A stretch of 63,946 nucleotides of DNA, counting the filler, from Sphaeroforma arctica JP610 (Eukaryota), in the NCBI RefSeq assembly GCF_001186125.1. It is 5 parts of 3 records of this genome, joined end to end, with 100 filler letters (N's around TTAATTAATTAA, not from the genome) between each part and the next. Parts side by side here need not be neighbours in the genome. Positions count along the whole stretch, not along the records: positions 1 to 27,873 come from NW_014040553.1; 4 more parts are not named here. The stretch is one strand, 5' to 3'. Positions within the stretch are counted from its first letter, which is position 1; every line of letters starts with the position of its first letter. Shown piece by piece: positions 1-18,496 of this stretch. The position numbers were made by a program, and so were the translations under genes. The notes beneath the pieces are model-generated. The model was not told where the DNA came from and made no database searches. It saw only the letters and a program-made list of their open reading frames with translations.

Positions 1-3000
1 ATAAATACTTAGAGATTCATATATATATATTTGCATGTTTTTATTAAATTTTACATATATTATATTTTTGATATTTATCTGAGAGTACCATTCCACGCCT
101 CTCCTAAAGGTTCGTCACAGCATCTTATCTCAAGCATCAATGGCATGTTGATCCTGGTCCACCTTCTGACTTTGGAATCAGCAAGTGGTCTTTTCTCGCG
201 GTATCGAACGCGCAGGCCAGCATCTTTTTCTCCGTTTGCCTTGTGATCATTTGGGTATGCACTATTGTTTAAGTTTTATGAAACGCTTAGATGCACATAT
301 ATGTTCATAGAGAGAAATTTGAGGAGCTTTACAACCGTTTTGAACGTATCTCGGTTGAGAGGAATAACATGGGTTATTAATTTGTTGGAGGCACTGGCTA
401 CCCGTTGTTTTGAAATTGCTGTGTGAAGTATATTTGTTCTTCTGGATGCAGTATCCATTACCAACTTGCAATATTCATCGCTGAAAAGTGCTTCTTGTAT
501 GTTTCCGTGTATGTGTGTTCTTTAGGCTACACATGCCGATCTGCACAATTCTAGTTCTTCTATATGGCGACTGTTAACATCATACATAGATGAAAACAAC
601 CTGTTTCATGAAAGCAAACATAATGTTTACGGTAAGGTTTCATAGTTTTACGATTATATGTCTGTACCTCTGTCTCATAATTGTACCTTTTTCCATTAAA
701 AGGATGCTTATACAAAACGTGGATGGGTAATATATAGTGCTGCTCTTGTGCATATATGTGGTGATGCCGAGAGTACATCGTAGCCGCCTCTATTCAGGGC
801 ACGGAGTCAATCGTCGCGATTATGTCTTAGCATTAAAAGATATGCGAATCGACTCGCAATTACATTTTCTGGATATCCTTATATCAATTAATCGCCGTAT
901 TACTTGCTTTTGACGGTGTAACTCTGTCATCAGATTGCCGCTGCAGTCGATCGGTACGAGGCTTTTATGATGCTCAACCAAACTAGCTTCTACGGGCCAT
1001 ATAATTCAGGTATGATGTTAGGGCCCTAGCATTATGCTCTTGTTTGCGATGCTTTGCGTATAGGGTATTGGGATATACAGAATAAAAAGGATTTGTCATC
1101 TAAATCTTAGGTCACTGTTGTTTATGGTGACTACCGGCATCATGCGGAGCCGAGCAGCATGCAAACAAGTCAAACGCGTAAACAGATTATGAATGCTGTT
1201 GCATAAATACCTGCAAAGCTATGTGTGTATACACATGCTTGTGTATGAGATTGCATAAGCACATGTGCTATGTATGTCGTGAATTGTACCAATTTCTAGA
1301 ACTGCTTAATGCATATTGATATAAGATAGGTACGCATATCGATGTGAACTACATCTCCATGCTTGCCAAGTCTTAGGGACTTTCACCACACATAGTTGCT
1401 CGGTTCTCATATGTAGCGGCCTTTATCCCACACTGCGGCTATACACAGCCTCTCCCAGCAGGACTATCGGTGGTGGCTATCAAGGTATAGGCTGAATACT
1501 CGCATAAAGTTCAAAAGATTCCATACGCTTGAAGGGCCAGGAAAAGGTCAAGAGCAGACAGCATGGTTTCCATACACCGGCTCTGTCCCCCATGCACCGC
1601 GTCTTTCGTCGGACTGTTGGCAGAACTGAAGGTCACACCTGACATAGCGTGTGCTGTACAATCGGTTAATGGGAGCAAAATGCACACAACATTCCCTAGC
1701 TCGAAGGGCCAGGACAGGATCAAGAGCAGACAACATGATCTCCGTATAAAGGCTCTGTTTTCCTTTCCTGCGGCTATATACGGCCACAGTCAGAAGAGCG
1801 CAAGGTAGCAGCTGGCGACGTGCGATGTATGGTCGGGCAACGAAAGCAGTAGATATCATCCCAAAGCAATCAGAGTGCCAGAGCTAAATTTCAACCAGAT
1901 ATGAAAATCATGGGTTTTCATGTTAAACTGTCTTCTAACCGCACGACGGCTGTAGACAGCCACTTTTAGCAATACGAAAAGTGGCGGCCAGAAGTGGGAT
2001 GATTTAAGAAGTACTGGAAGTAAGATATATGAAACATTCCATGGCCCCTGAAATGCCAGGAATACATCAAGCGATGTGTTCGTATGAATGATGATACCAC
2101 CGCGAGTTCAGTATAGTTTGAACGTTTCTATAATGGGGATCTTGACCAAACCCCACAGTTTGCATAAAGCTTATGGCATGCATCTACAGGTCTTTATAAC
2201 AACGTTGCATATGGCTTAGTCGAGTGTGTGTAGCTTGCTCAACTTCTTGGAGGGGATAGCAACTGAGCCGTGATGGTGCTACATGGGAGTCATCCGGCCA
2301 GGGAGCTTTAAGGCGAACGTATCACGTATAGACCATATGACAATGGAATACTCTTACAAGATATCCGACAGGTTGTACGATCTGGAATTACTCCTATAGG
2401 ATATGCGACGATCGTAGGACCACGGGACACCCCATCAGCTGCGTTACATCAAGAAGAGTGATGTATGTCAATGCATGCACGTACGATCACTAAAATCAAG
2501 GACAGCCTTAGTTTGCAATTATAATATCACTTTTCTTCTCGATTGACACTTAACTGCGAAAGAGGTGACTGAGTACCTAGCTGCCGTTATCTGCGCAAAA
2601 AAATTATTCCAGGCTGTAGCATATCAGGCAGATAAGTAGACAATGTTGTAAAAACATGCGAGGCATGTATAAAAAAATACCAGTCGCCTAGGACCAAGGC
2701 TTCGATGCTCTGGTCATCAAAGTAAACTTAATGCTCTGGTTTTATACGGGTATTCCATTCTCAGTAGGCGTAGTCTCACTTGTGCATGGGAAAACCACTA
2801 ATGCTATAGAATGCGGGACGATGATGAATTTGGATTGGCATATGCCAATCTATTTATTTTTAATATAGAACTAAACAGGGAAAAGAACTTCATTTATTTT
2901 CCAAATGTCGTCTAAACCCGCTGTGACGCCAAAGTTGAATACAGATCTGCTACAGGTCATTCCTGTCTTCTCACGCGCGTTGTAAAGCAACCAGCATGCC

Positions 3001-3352
3001 CCCTGGACATAGAAACGTATGGGGATATGGCAATACGCCTTTCTCCGGGCGATACCCGCATTGAGCATTTCAAGAGCATCTCAACGCTCCTTCAATACTT
3101 GCCTGAGTGACTAGCTGCCCGCCCGGGCAATCGCTAGTCTCTGCTCTGGTAAAACGAATGCACCATCAGCGCACTCCAAAGTATCGGTAAGGTAGGTGTA
3201 CCTCAGAAAATGCTCATCCATTATACGAGTGAGTCTCAAATATGTCCAGCATTCGCGCGCCTCGCTTGCCGAACTCTCTCAACGAAGATTATATATTCAT
3301 ATACATGGGTGAAATACTACACAAATATTCACTATATTCTGTCAACCCCAAA

Positions 3353-5606
3353 TTACTGCTTGGTCTGGTCCGTCTTGTCGGTGTCTGGAACGGGCTCGTA
3401 GTGGTTGCCGTTGAACTTCATCGACGGCGGCGCAGCCGCGAGTATCTCGCTTTGCTGGAAGTCATACGCAGGGGGCCCCTCCTGTTCCTCGAACAGCTTG
3501 GAATAGTCCAAGGGACTGCTCGCCGCCTGCTTGCGCCTGGCAACGATGACAATCAACACGGCACCCACTGAAACGACCGCAAGGATAATGCCGGCCACGG
3601 CGCAGATCCAGAACAGGTCAGATAAGCCGCTGCTTTCACTCTCCCCACTGCTGTGGGAGGCAGAGGTACCCGAGCTTGCACCTGCACCCGTACTGCCACT
3701 GTCAGGGCCACATGCGCCCTCGTGCTTCAGCTCAATGAATGACTTATCCCCACACTTGGCGCTTTCTAACTCACACTTGTTGGAGTATGTGTTGCCATCC
3801 GTTGCACAAACAGGCGCGTATTCGGCAGTGCAGAAGCTCAGCTCACAGCAATATCCAGGGAACTGCACAGTCAATTCGTCGTTCAACTGGCACGCGCCAA
3901 TCTCCATCTCGCACACGTTGGAATAAGTCTTGCCGTTGCTCGCACACACGGGTATGAGTATGCGGTTGCAGGGCTTGAGACAGCTGTCCTTCTCCGCCGT
4001 CTCCGCGTCAGCTTCGTTAGCCTTTGCGTTGGCACCTTCATCTACCTCGGCCTCACATGGGCCATTATGGGATACGGTGAGTGCCTCGTTGATCTCACAG
4101 CCTGATACCTCCATCACGCACTTGTTGGGATATGTTTTTCCGTTGGACGCACACACAGGGCGCAGATTGCGAGGACAGGGGCGTCTGCAGGACTCCTTCG
4201 AATCAACAGTAGACTTGCCCTCAGGCTCCTGCATTCAGAAGAAAACAAATCGGAATTTTAGTTTCAATATTCGAGTTCGGCAATTTTGTTCGTGTGACAA
4301 ATAAATCTATCATCGTGTGCCAGATAGATAGTTTCGCTTCCCGTTGGAATGTGCGAGTCTCTCGGCCAAGGGCAACAACACCCAACTCGAAGACGAGGAC
4401 TAGTAGAAAACTGCCACTACCACATCAACACGAGAGGCCAAGCACGAGCGAACCACTACGAATTGTATACTTGATATCAAGACAACGGATTGGGTTCATA
4501 TCGTACTACATATAGTATATTTAATTAACTTAATGATCGAGACAACGGGTTCATATACAAGAAACGGCATACGAATGAGCAAGCTGAAAAATATCACAAG
4601 ACGATAGGAACATGGGTACACTATTTGTTCTCACTACACAAGCTTAGAGAAGTCCGATGTGCACACCCGTGATCAAGCGAGACATCGATCAAAGCCCTTA
4701 CAAACGAGGTGCACAAGGGCAACATCTAACTCAAGATACACATATAAAATTCAATCAATAAACACAGCAATGCACTGCGTCGAAACCCTTAACCAAAATT
4801 TCGCACGCATACGCTAGAGATTACGAAGGAATAAGTGCAAACATAAGATATATGACAGTAGACGTAACCCCTGGGATACATACTTCATCATTAGGGACGA
4901 CGGGGCCAAGATTCAAAATTAATATAGTCTCGCACACGCCCTCGCTCTGCACAGTCACCTTAGTACTGCTAATACAATTGGCATTACCCAACTCACATTC
5001 GTTGGAATACGTAGCGCCATCAGAGCCACAAACAGGCTTGTAACTCTGAGCGCAAAACTTAAAGCAATCCATATCGATTATGGGTATGGGTTCATCTGCT
5101 TTGTTTCCAGTGTTTTCATTCGTTTCTGATTTTGTTCCAGTGACTGGGATAGTTACCACTGTATCTTTGCATTCACCCTCATACAAGACGGTAAAGTGCT
5201 CCTGCTTCTCGCACGCCTTGCTTCGCATCACACACTTGTTTGAGTAGGTGTTGCCGTCCGACGCACACACCGGGCGGTAATCCATTGTGCACATCAGCGG
5301 ACAATCGATAAGATGTTTTACCTTCTTGGCAAAATCATCGACTGTCATTTCTACAGCTTTCTCTACGTCAGGAGCTCCCTCTTTGACCTGATGAGCTATA
5401 GTATCACTGACTTCCTTCGCTTTATCGGTAGCTTGGTGGACTGCAGCTTTAATCTTATCAGCAATGTCGTGAATGTCACGCAGTTCTGTCGCGTCACGGT
5501 ATTCGTGTTCATGACGATGTTCGTGTAAATGATCCGCATGTACACCGTGCACTGATCTCAGCGTGGCCAGCGTGGAGAGCGCTAAGAGTGCGTATGTTGT
5601 TTTCAT
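3353..5606 (-). CDS. Type I membrane protein with five Kazal-type serine protease inhibitor domains (2 exons: 5606-4884, 4228-3353; about 532 aa)
   Basis: Signal peptide MKTTYALLALSTLATL. Five C-x3/4-C-x5-PVC[AG][ST][DN]GxTYxNxC-x6-C...G-x-C domains. TM helix LFWICAVAGIILAVVSVGAVLIVIVA followed by RRK. A phase-0 GTATGT donor (4883) and CAG acceptor (4229) join the two ORFs in frame (PNDE|EPEG). Confidence 0.85.
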
Positions 5607-6428
5607 AGTGTTCGTTTCAATTGTTCTTTCTCAATATGCTGCACCTTCAGTCCGTAGTAAGTCCACTCGTAAACTATGCGTGTATACCATCTATACTCTG
5701 CACTACTAATCAATATAGGAGCGCGACTTATTAACATGCCCCAGATTCCACTATCTTACACAGAGTTGGACAGGCAACTTCGGTGTTCGGGGTCTATATA
5801 GATGGATTATTAATACTTGTTTCTAGAAAAAACCATCTGTAAACCTGGTTTTCAGCTTTTTAAATAAAAAATGGGGTTCTTTTTACTCCTTTTTATTGCA
5901 AAAACAAATACAAGAAAAACATTAAAAAACCAAAACCAAAGTTGTACCGACGTATGCACGAGAAAACTCAAAGATAGACTATAAACTAAAGGTTTTCAGT
6001 CAAATATAAACCAAGAAGGCTTGGTGCAAATTTCGAATGTAAATATTGTATCTAAATATGTAAATATTTGCATTTCTATGTAAATCAAAAGACGTTGGCG
6101 TTTTTAGACAGACTGTCACTGTGACTGTAATTGACATATTATATTGCCTTTTCTAAAAAAAAAATTGTAGTTCAAGGGTTCAGAACGTCAATTGCTTTAT
6201 GTTCATTGGTGCTGTATAGTGACATTCGTATTTTCTTTATAAAAAACCCACCAGGCGGTCCAGGGATTCCAGAGTCCAGGCCCCTGGTTTACTTGCTGGG
6301 GCTGGGGGAGTCTGGGAGCCTGGGTTTAGCCCCCTTTGTGGGACAACGGACGTCGGAGTCTCGGACGGAAGGTCTAATATTGGTTTCGGTTGTTTTCTAA
6401 AAAAACCAAAAAACCCCCAAAAAAATAG

Positions 6429-6520
6429 CACGGCCCTCTGGGTAGGGTCTCGAGCAGAAATCAAGGTTTCTCTCTACAACAATCGAAAATTTAGCAGAGA
6501 CCCAAATCCAGAGGGCCGTG
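6429..6520. mobile_element. 92-bp MITE-like inverted-repeat element
   Basis: Perfect 13-bp terminal inverted repeats CACGGCCCTCTGG/CCAGAGGGCCGTG plus inner GGGTCTC/GAGACCC. Flanked by direct repeat AAAATAG (6422-6428, 6521-6527). Confidence 0.45.
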
Positions 6521-6715
6521 AAAATAGTACTTAAAATATTCCGCCTTGCTCGTGTTTTCAAGTTGAGTTTTTAGGGTTTGGGTTTTTTTTTTCAAGCGGA
6601 AGTGCTTTTTGAGCAGTTGGAATCAGTATCTGGTTGACACGCTCACTATGTACAGTACAGATCAATGTACATATAGACTACTTAGTATTTCAATTTTCAA
6701 TGGTTTCTTTGCAGT

Positions 6716-11849
<5,134 letters not shown>

Positions 11850-14622
11850 AATTCTATTTATCAACACTACGCACCTATGAAGATATATGGGACGGCAACA
11901 CCTTTTTATATGAACACGCAAGCAAGCAGAGGTATCACAAGCCTAGCTGACAGCTTACGGTTGTACTACTGTGATCGTGTAGTTAGCGTTAAGACATTTT
12001 TGAATTCACTCAAATAGTCGCATACTGATATAGAGATTTAGGCAATGGAGAACCCTGGGGGGCGCTGTACGTAGTCAGTATTCTACACAATGATCGATAG
12101 TTTAAGTGAAAAAGACATTCTTGGCATTTCTGAAGGGTTCGAATTCGCACCAGTCTCAACGCAAGTTCGTGACTGATACCCACTCGGCACCCAAAGCGTG
12201 GATCCATTAGGTGTAGCCGCCGCAGGCTGGCACCTAGTAAGTATGTGCGAGTGTGTACCATGAGCTTACTGGGTAATAGTCGAGGAAGCTCTTGAGTTGA
12301 TCAAATTGAAACGGGAATGTACCTGGTTTTGAGCGGCCGGACCGGATGCGTGACTGTTGCAGCTCGCATACGAATCCAAGCGGCGGATCCAGACACGCAC
12401 GTACCCACAAGCACACAGTGTGACTTAGCTGAAGTAAAGGTCTCCATCTCGGAGTAAATTGGGTAAAGAATAAGCTAGGAAAGTGCGATAGTATAATCAA
12501 TCAGTGTGTTTCATAGATATCTAGTTGTATTTTGTTACCCACTTTGCACAGGAGCAACGTTGTCAAATTTTATAGTTATTTACCAATAATCGTACCACCT
12601 ATTGACACGTGACCTCGTATGCCGTGGAACATATACACGCGTGTAGCTTCCGCGATTGCTGTGTGTGTATGTCTCTTGAAGGCTCACTGGAAGTACGTAC
12701 ACGTATCACTTTTCCGACGATATTTGGGAACTTTCCGGTTGGTAAGAGGCTAGATAGCTCAACTGAGATAAGTGATGCATCGCTTCGAATATTTAAATAC
12801 ACACGGAACCCTCTACACGGCAGAATTCCCAGAGACTGCTATGAGGATAGGTGATGAAATAAGTCCACAAGCACAAAGCCAGTGATTTCACTGATACATC
12901 AAGAAATGGTGCGGGTCACGCACTACACCAACACTGCTGCCCACTTTCCCTTTTAATCATATACGTGAAACGTAAGGTAAAAACGGAGAAGTGGATTATT
13001 GATGGAGGACAGATTGAAAGTTACATGATACTTTCGTTATATGATGTTCAGAGGAGCGACTCTGAAGCAGAGATTGTGTGCACCTTTTACCGTTTTCGAA
13101 AACATCGTTACCCTATCGGACGGGGCATAAGAAAACCTGTTCTAAACACGGAGAGCCACTTATAGGAGTCCTTTAGTACTTAAATGATGCCATCTCTCAA
13201 GGTCTCCCGATTGCATCTATTGATTGACTGGTAACCACCCCAAGGTTCGAGTGCGTAGGCATACTGGAACCGAATCGTAGTCAACGTTGTCACTTCCCTC
13301 AAAAAGCATATTCTGAGCACGGGGTGTTATATCACTAAAGCATTTTTACAGACTACAAGTGTATCATTCAATCGAATCGAATACGCGCCCTAGTCTTGGC
13401 CAGAGAGATCGGTATCATGGGTATCAGGCCAGTATCCACTAAACATTGGGAGAGTGGTACGTGTATACAAGCATAGTGGGGAGGTAATACACGGCATGGA
13501 GACCAAGTCGAAAGCGGTTATGCATCGCATTACGAGCTGCGCAGTTCAGGCAGGGACATATATACATACATATCATTGTATATACTCGTCTAAGAATGCT
13601 ACCAATAGCTAGTCCGCCATACCGCGCCAAGTCTCCACCATACCGTCACTCTCGAATTGACTAGAAGTATTATATGACAACCCAGACCCAGGAGACACCC
13701 ACACCAACCTCCGCATTGTCTCGTAGGTAAAAGCAGACGACTCCAAACGATCCCCAGAGCGGCTGCAAATTTTACACACCGTTGTGCAGGTTGTGCGCAT
13801 TCACATATAGATACCTCTGTACACTATTAGACTAGCCGTCCCTCTATTTCAAAAAATAGATCGATTTGCACCAGATTTGAACCATGGTAGCTTGAGGCAC
13901 ATTTTACCATCGATGCTGACAGCGTCAGAATCATCCCGATACAGAGCTACGCAGTCACGACCGTTTCAGACAAATCTCGTAGTGGACTGGAAGTGTTTAT
14001 AGAACTGACTTTTCTCCACGGATCCAAGTTTACTACAGTTGCCGATATCGGCAAGAGAGAAGATGGGCTTGATATACGAGATGCGACTTGTGCCTCCCGC
14101 CAATTGGCTACATATGTGTGAATGTATCTGGCAAATGCCACCAACGATAGGTTCACGCTGCGCTACAGCAGCAGTAGTAAGTATACTTTTCGGTACCATT
14201 CAAGATGGTAGAGGTATTGATGACACTGGTGTTCGGCTGCATGGGTATAGTTCAAACTTAGTATCTGCCCAGTAGTACGCCCGGTATCCAATTCGTGTTA
14301 GCCAGTAAATTAACAGGTATGAGTGGTACTATGCCAAAAGGCCAAGACTTCCTCAAAGGCACCATTCCGTAGGAGCATGTGTGCAATATATTACTATCCG
14401 AGATGTTCTACATCTTGTAATAACATTTTACGTTGTCAAAGGTATGGTCCATCATTGAGTAGCCGGCCAAGTTATGCCATACGAGTGTGTGACAATGGCT
14501 ATAGACAATCAAGTAGAATTACATGCCACAGCCAGTGGCGAGTGCACTTGAACTACAATGCGTGAGAGATGTGCTACACACCTCCACAGCGGAGAGTATT
14601 CCAACGGCAACCTTCGTAAATG

Positions 14623-17600
14623 TCAACTTGTCTTGCCATTCTTTGTACCAAGCCTACTGCGTTTAGGTGCCACTGTCTGCGAACCCTCGCCCTCGAGTGC
14701 AACAGTTGCACTGCGTGTCGCCCGCCCACCCTTCCCTCTATATCCGCTTTGAGTACTATATGAGTGCGACGTAGAAGCTGCGCTAGTCTGTATCCCAGCC
14801 CCTTTACGTTCTATATGTGTTTTTGCTTGTAGAGATTCAGTTGCAGTCTCTCCCGTTTTCTCTTGCCCATGATCGCTCGTAAAGGCTTGGCTAAGGCGGC
14901 CACCGCTGGACGGCCGTTTCTCCGAACGGGACGAGGCCGCATTCTGTTGTACAGGCGATGTGTGATGGGATGATCTATGAGCTATTTTCTGATATGTATC
15001 AAGTGTTGTGTCATGAGACATGTTATGCGATGTATTGAGTGATGTATTATGTGATTTGTCAAGAGACATGTTATGAGATGTATTCAGTGTTGTGTTTTGT
15101 GGTTTGTTGTGTAATATATTAAGAGATGTGTTCTGGATTGTATATATTTCCCGTGCCGTGCGCGTGTTGTGCTGTTTGTAAGGTCTATTCTGTAGAGACC
15201 ACTGTGGCTCATTGTTGAGTGTCTTTGTATTGGAAGGTTGCACGGTCTGTGTCACCGCCTGGGTATGCTGGCGTGACGTCTGTGCTTGTGTCGCCTTCCC
15301 CTTCTTGGGCGATACAGATGGGAAGAAATACAGCTCAGCATTTTTCTTTCCATCTGTACCCTGTGCTCCTAACGTCCTGTGCTTAGGAGTATTTGACTGT
15401 GAGTGTGCCTGCGTCTGTGAAGTGAACGCGTTCGCGAGACTTGCCTCCGGGCTGTTCTTCTGCACGCTTATACCATCGGTACTTGCGGCGGTATGTACTT
15501 GCGGTAACCGTTGCTCGTCGCGGGTACTCTGGGTACTCTGACCCGTAGGTCTGTATCTATACTTAACGTCTTCTTCTCGATGTAGGCTTCTACAGTTCTC
15601 AGGGGTTGCTGTACCGTTATCCCACCCTCGTCCCGCAATCCTCCTCTCCCCTCCCTCAGGTATATATGGCTGCCTATGTTCGCTATTATCTACCTTCACA
15701 TCACTGCGGTTCTCACTATAATCATCCCTACCATGACCACCACTACTACCATTCCCAAACGGCGGCGACGGTATGCCAATCAGCGCCAGCGGACACACCG
15801 GTTGCAGAAACTCGTGCATCAGACAGTCTCTGGGCATAAGCCGTTGCTCGGCGTCATACTGCAGCAATCCCCGCAGCAAATCCAAGAAATCATTGTCCGC
15901 AGTTGGCATCAAGTCTCTGAGTTTGCCCTGCAGAGTCCCATCATTGTGCGCTGTGTCGAAGAGATTGGATTTGCTGGCGTACGAGCGGTAGTACTTGCCT
16001 GCCCGGTAGGACGGGGGAGGAGGGCTGAGGAGTCCCGCCATTTCTATGGCTAGGTCGGTGCGAGTGCGTGACCGGAAGAGCACGTGGCCTCGGTACAGCT
16101 CCACCAACAGACAGCCCAGCGACCACATGTCGATGGCTTTATTAAACGGCAGCCCGTACACCACCTGTGGTAGTATACGCAATTTGCAACAAACTATTAG
16201 TATAAGTACATTGGCAGTGCACGTTGTTTGAAGATAATTTGTGGGGAAAATCAGGGTATGAGACATTTGAGTTAAGCAGACATCGTGGGAAGCTAAAGTG
16301 TGTAGAAAAATTGGGCAGTACACGTTGTATAAAGCAAATGCGAACGGCTATGAAGAAAGGCAGTCCGGAAACCACCCACCCGTCGCAGCTACGGTATGAT
16401 AAGGTTTGTATAAGAAATTTGGCATCGCACATTGAAGTGCAAGTGACGCTGACTCTGATGAATGGCAGGCCATGCACCATCTATGGCCGTGAAAATCATA
16501 AGCAAACACAGGGTAGGAGAAATCTGACACACAAGCATTGTTAAAAGCTAAAGTATATGACTTTCGTAGAAGGTTCCCCTTACACTGCCTGTACCGGTAT
16601 CAACCATAATCAATATGGAGAGCTCGGCACTGAATTTCGTTTGAAATTGAAGTGTCGTTTATTTTGGTGAGAGGCAACCCATACACCACCGGTAGCAGAA
16701 GGAAGCATACACTTGGTATGATTAATTTGGCATTGCCCAATGTTTGAAGTAAAGTGCCAGGGTGACTGGTATTCTCTGCACTACCCGTTGCGTGTACACA
16801 AATATATACCATGGGTTTATAGCAGGTACTTATTCAGGTGCGTCAAGATGTGGCCTCTCACACGATATCTCTGCACACACACGTACCAAAATACCCCAAG
16901 CGCCCAATTCGAGAGGCCTGGTATTAAGAGTATTCGGTCCGATCTGATTACGTGTCCTACACGGCATTCCCGATATTTATGCCTATTAATATACACGAAT
17001 ATACTCTAATGTATCAAAACTAGTACCAAACCAGGTACATCATGATAAGCAGGCACACACAGCATGTACGTACACACTTGCGACCAACGTACCTCAGGGG
17101 CTCTATAAGAGAGGCTCTGTATCTCAAAATCCTGAAAGTATTCGGCCAGATCAGATTCAGTGTCCCACACGGCATTCCCGAAATCACACAGCCGCACGCC
17201 CATACTGGACACATCGCCCCTGGGATCCGCCAAGTCACACAGTACATTATCTGGCTTGAGATCTGCGTGTATCACACCGTTGTCTCCCAGTAGCATCAGC
17301 GCTGTGCACAGCTGGAAGGTGATGGTCCGCAGGCGCTGTGTGCGGCTGAGGGGTTCGCCTTGGGGTAGACTGAGTGGGTAGGGGCTTAGTACTGGCAGTA
17401 GCAGTCCCAGACAGTCTTGGGCCACACCCCCGAACAAGATGTTGCGCGTGTGTCCGGCGGGGTCGGCGTCTTTGAGAACTGCCAGGATCTCGCATTCCTA
17501 TTATGGTTTAGCATTCGGAGGATAAAGGTTATTCAGCCGTGCTTTTGGAAGGGCAAGCGAGCATTTAATAGTATACTATTGCAGTTGTATAGACTAGTAT

Positions 17601-18496
17601 TGTCGTTGACGGAGTGGTAACCCGTTATGGTGGTGGCCCTTCGTTAAACTTGGCACATAAGGCCTATTTTCTATACATATTCGGAAAGTGTAATCATCGC
17701 AGATCAATATGAATATGGACAAGGCCCACCGTTGTGGTATTTTAATCAAATTGTGAACCACAGATAAGAAAGCGTTACAATCGAAACTGTAGTGGAACAG
17801 TACAAAAGTCCATTGTGAACCAACGCAATTAGTCTCGTCGTACCTCGAATCCTTCCCAACGATTCCCTATAGAAACCTACATATCATGCAATGAATGATC
17901 GATATCGTATAATCTATACGGTGCAGCAGAAGCTACGCATTGAAACCCACATACGGACGGATTTCTACTTTCTACATAGACATCAGCTCACTTACCTCTA
18001 CGGATTGCATCTAGCTTTCTAATACGCGCAGGCATATACATTATGCGTAAGCAGATATGTGTTCATGTTATCATCATAAATTTCCATACACAAATCACTT
18101 GCTAACATAAATTCAAGAAATAGCTCTTGGTACCGATAAATACCACCAGTAGTAAAACGCGCAAATAAATAGTTCCACACGAGTATCCACTACCAATAAT
18201 TGACGAAAACGAAGGCTACTAGTTGAATACATACATACACAAGCATCTACACATACCCGGGCAGCTATTGGGGCATATTCTGCGTAATACACCTTTAAAG
18301 CGAGGTTCTGACACTTGTGCGTCGATCTATCGACTACTAGATAGGTCTGTGAGAAGCGTCCTTTCCCGAGAAGTCGCACAACCCCATACCTATCATCCAC
18401 CATCGACCCAATCCTCAACAAGCTCATAATTTTACTCTCTCGATCGTTCACACGAGTGAGTGTACGTTGTCTGTTATTATTGATTATTCCTGACAT
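14623..18496 (-). CDS. CMGC kinase, divergent DYRK/HIPK-like, with long low-complexity C-tail (exons about 18496-18257, 17497-17093, 16164-14623; start codon uncertain)
   Basis: LGKGRFSQTY, ALKV, AAR|ECEIL, VIHADLKPDNVL, LCDFGNA, IQSLSYRAPE|VVYGLPFNKAIDMWSLGCLLVEL, DFLDLLRGLLQYDAEQRL. Phase-0 GT-AG junctions at 18256/17498 and 17092/16165. Confidence 0.88.
16165..16700 (-). repeat. Decayed tandem array (about 105-bp period) of the kinase intron 2/exon 3 junction
   Basis: Pseudo-exon starts at 16689 (VVYGLPLTKIND), 16588 (AV*GEPSTKVI), 16480 (MVHGLPFIRVS), 16375 (VVSGLPFFIAV) and 16266 (MSHTLIF), versus the true start at 16164 (VVYGLPFNKAID). Confidence 0.75.

Noticed and set aside
84..3200. 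Possible decayed TE or gene (LIPKSEGGPG resembling a LINE motif; imperfect repeat of about 57 bp at 1531 and 1703)
   Set aside because: Too many stops and no diagnostic RT or endonuclease motif, so I cannot support a call.
3531..4304. Plus-strand ORFs opposite the Kazal exon (and similar ones opposite the kinase and pol ORFs)
   Set aside because: Antisense shadow ORFs of real coding sequence.
13900..14300. Faint resemblance to a Tc1/IS630 transposase C-terminus on the minus strand
   Set aside because: No intact SPDLNPIE or DDE motif and no TIRs found.
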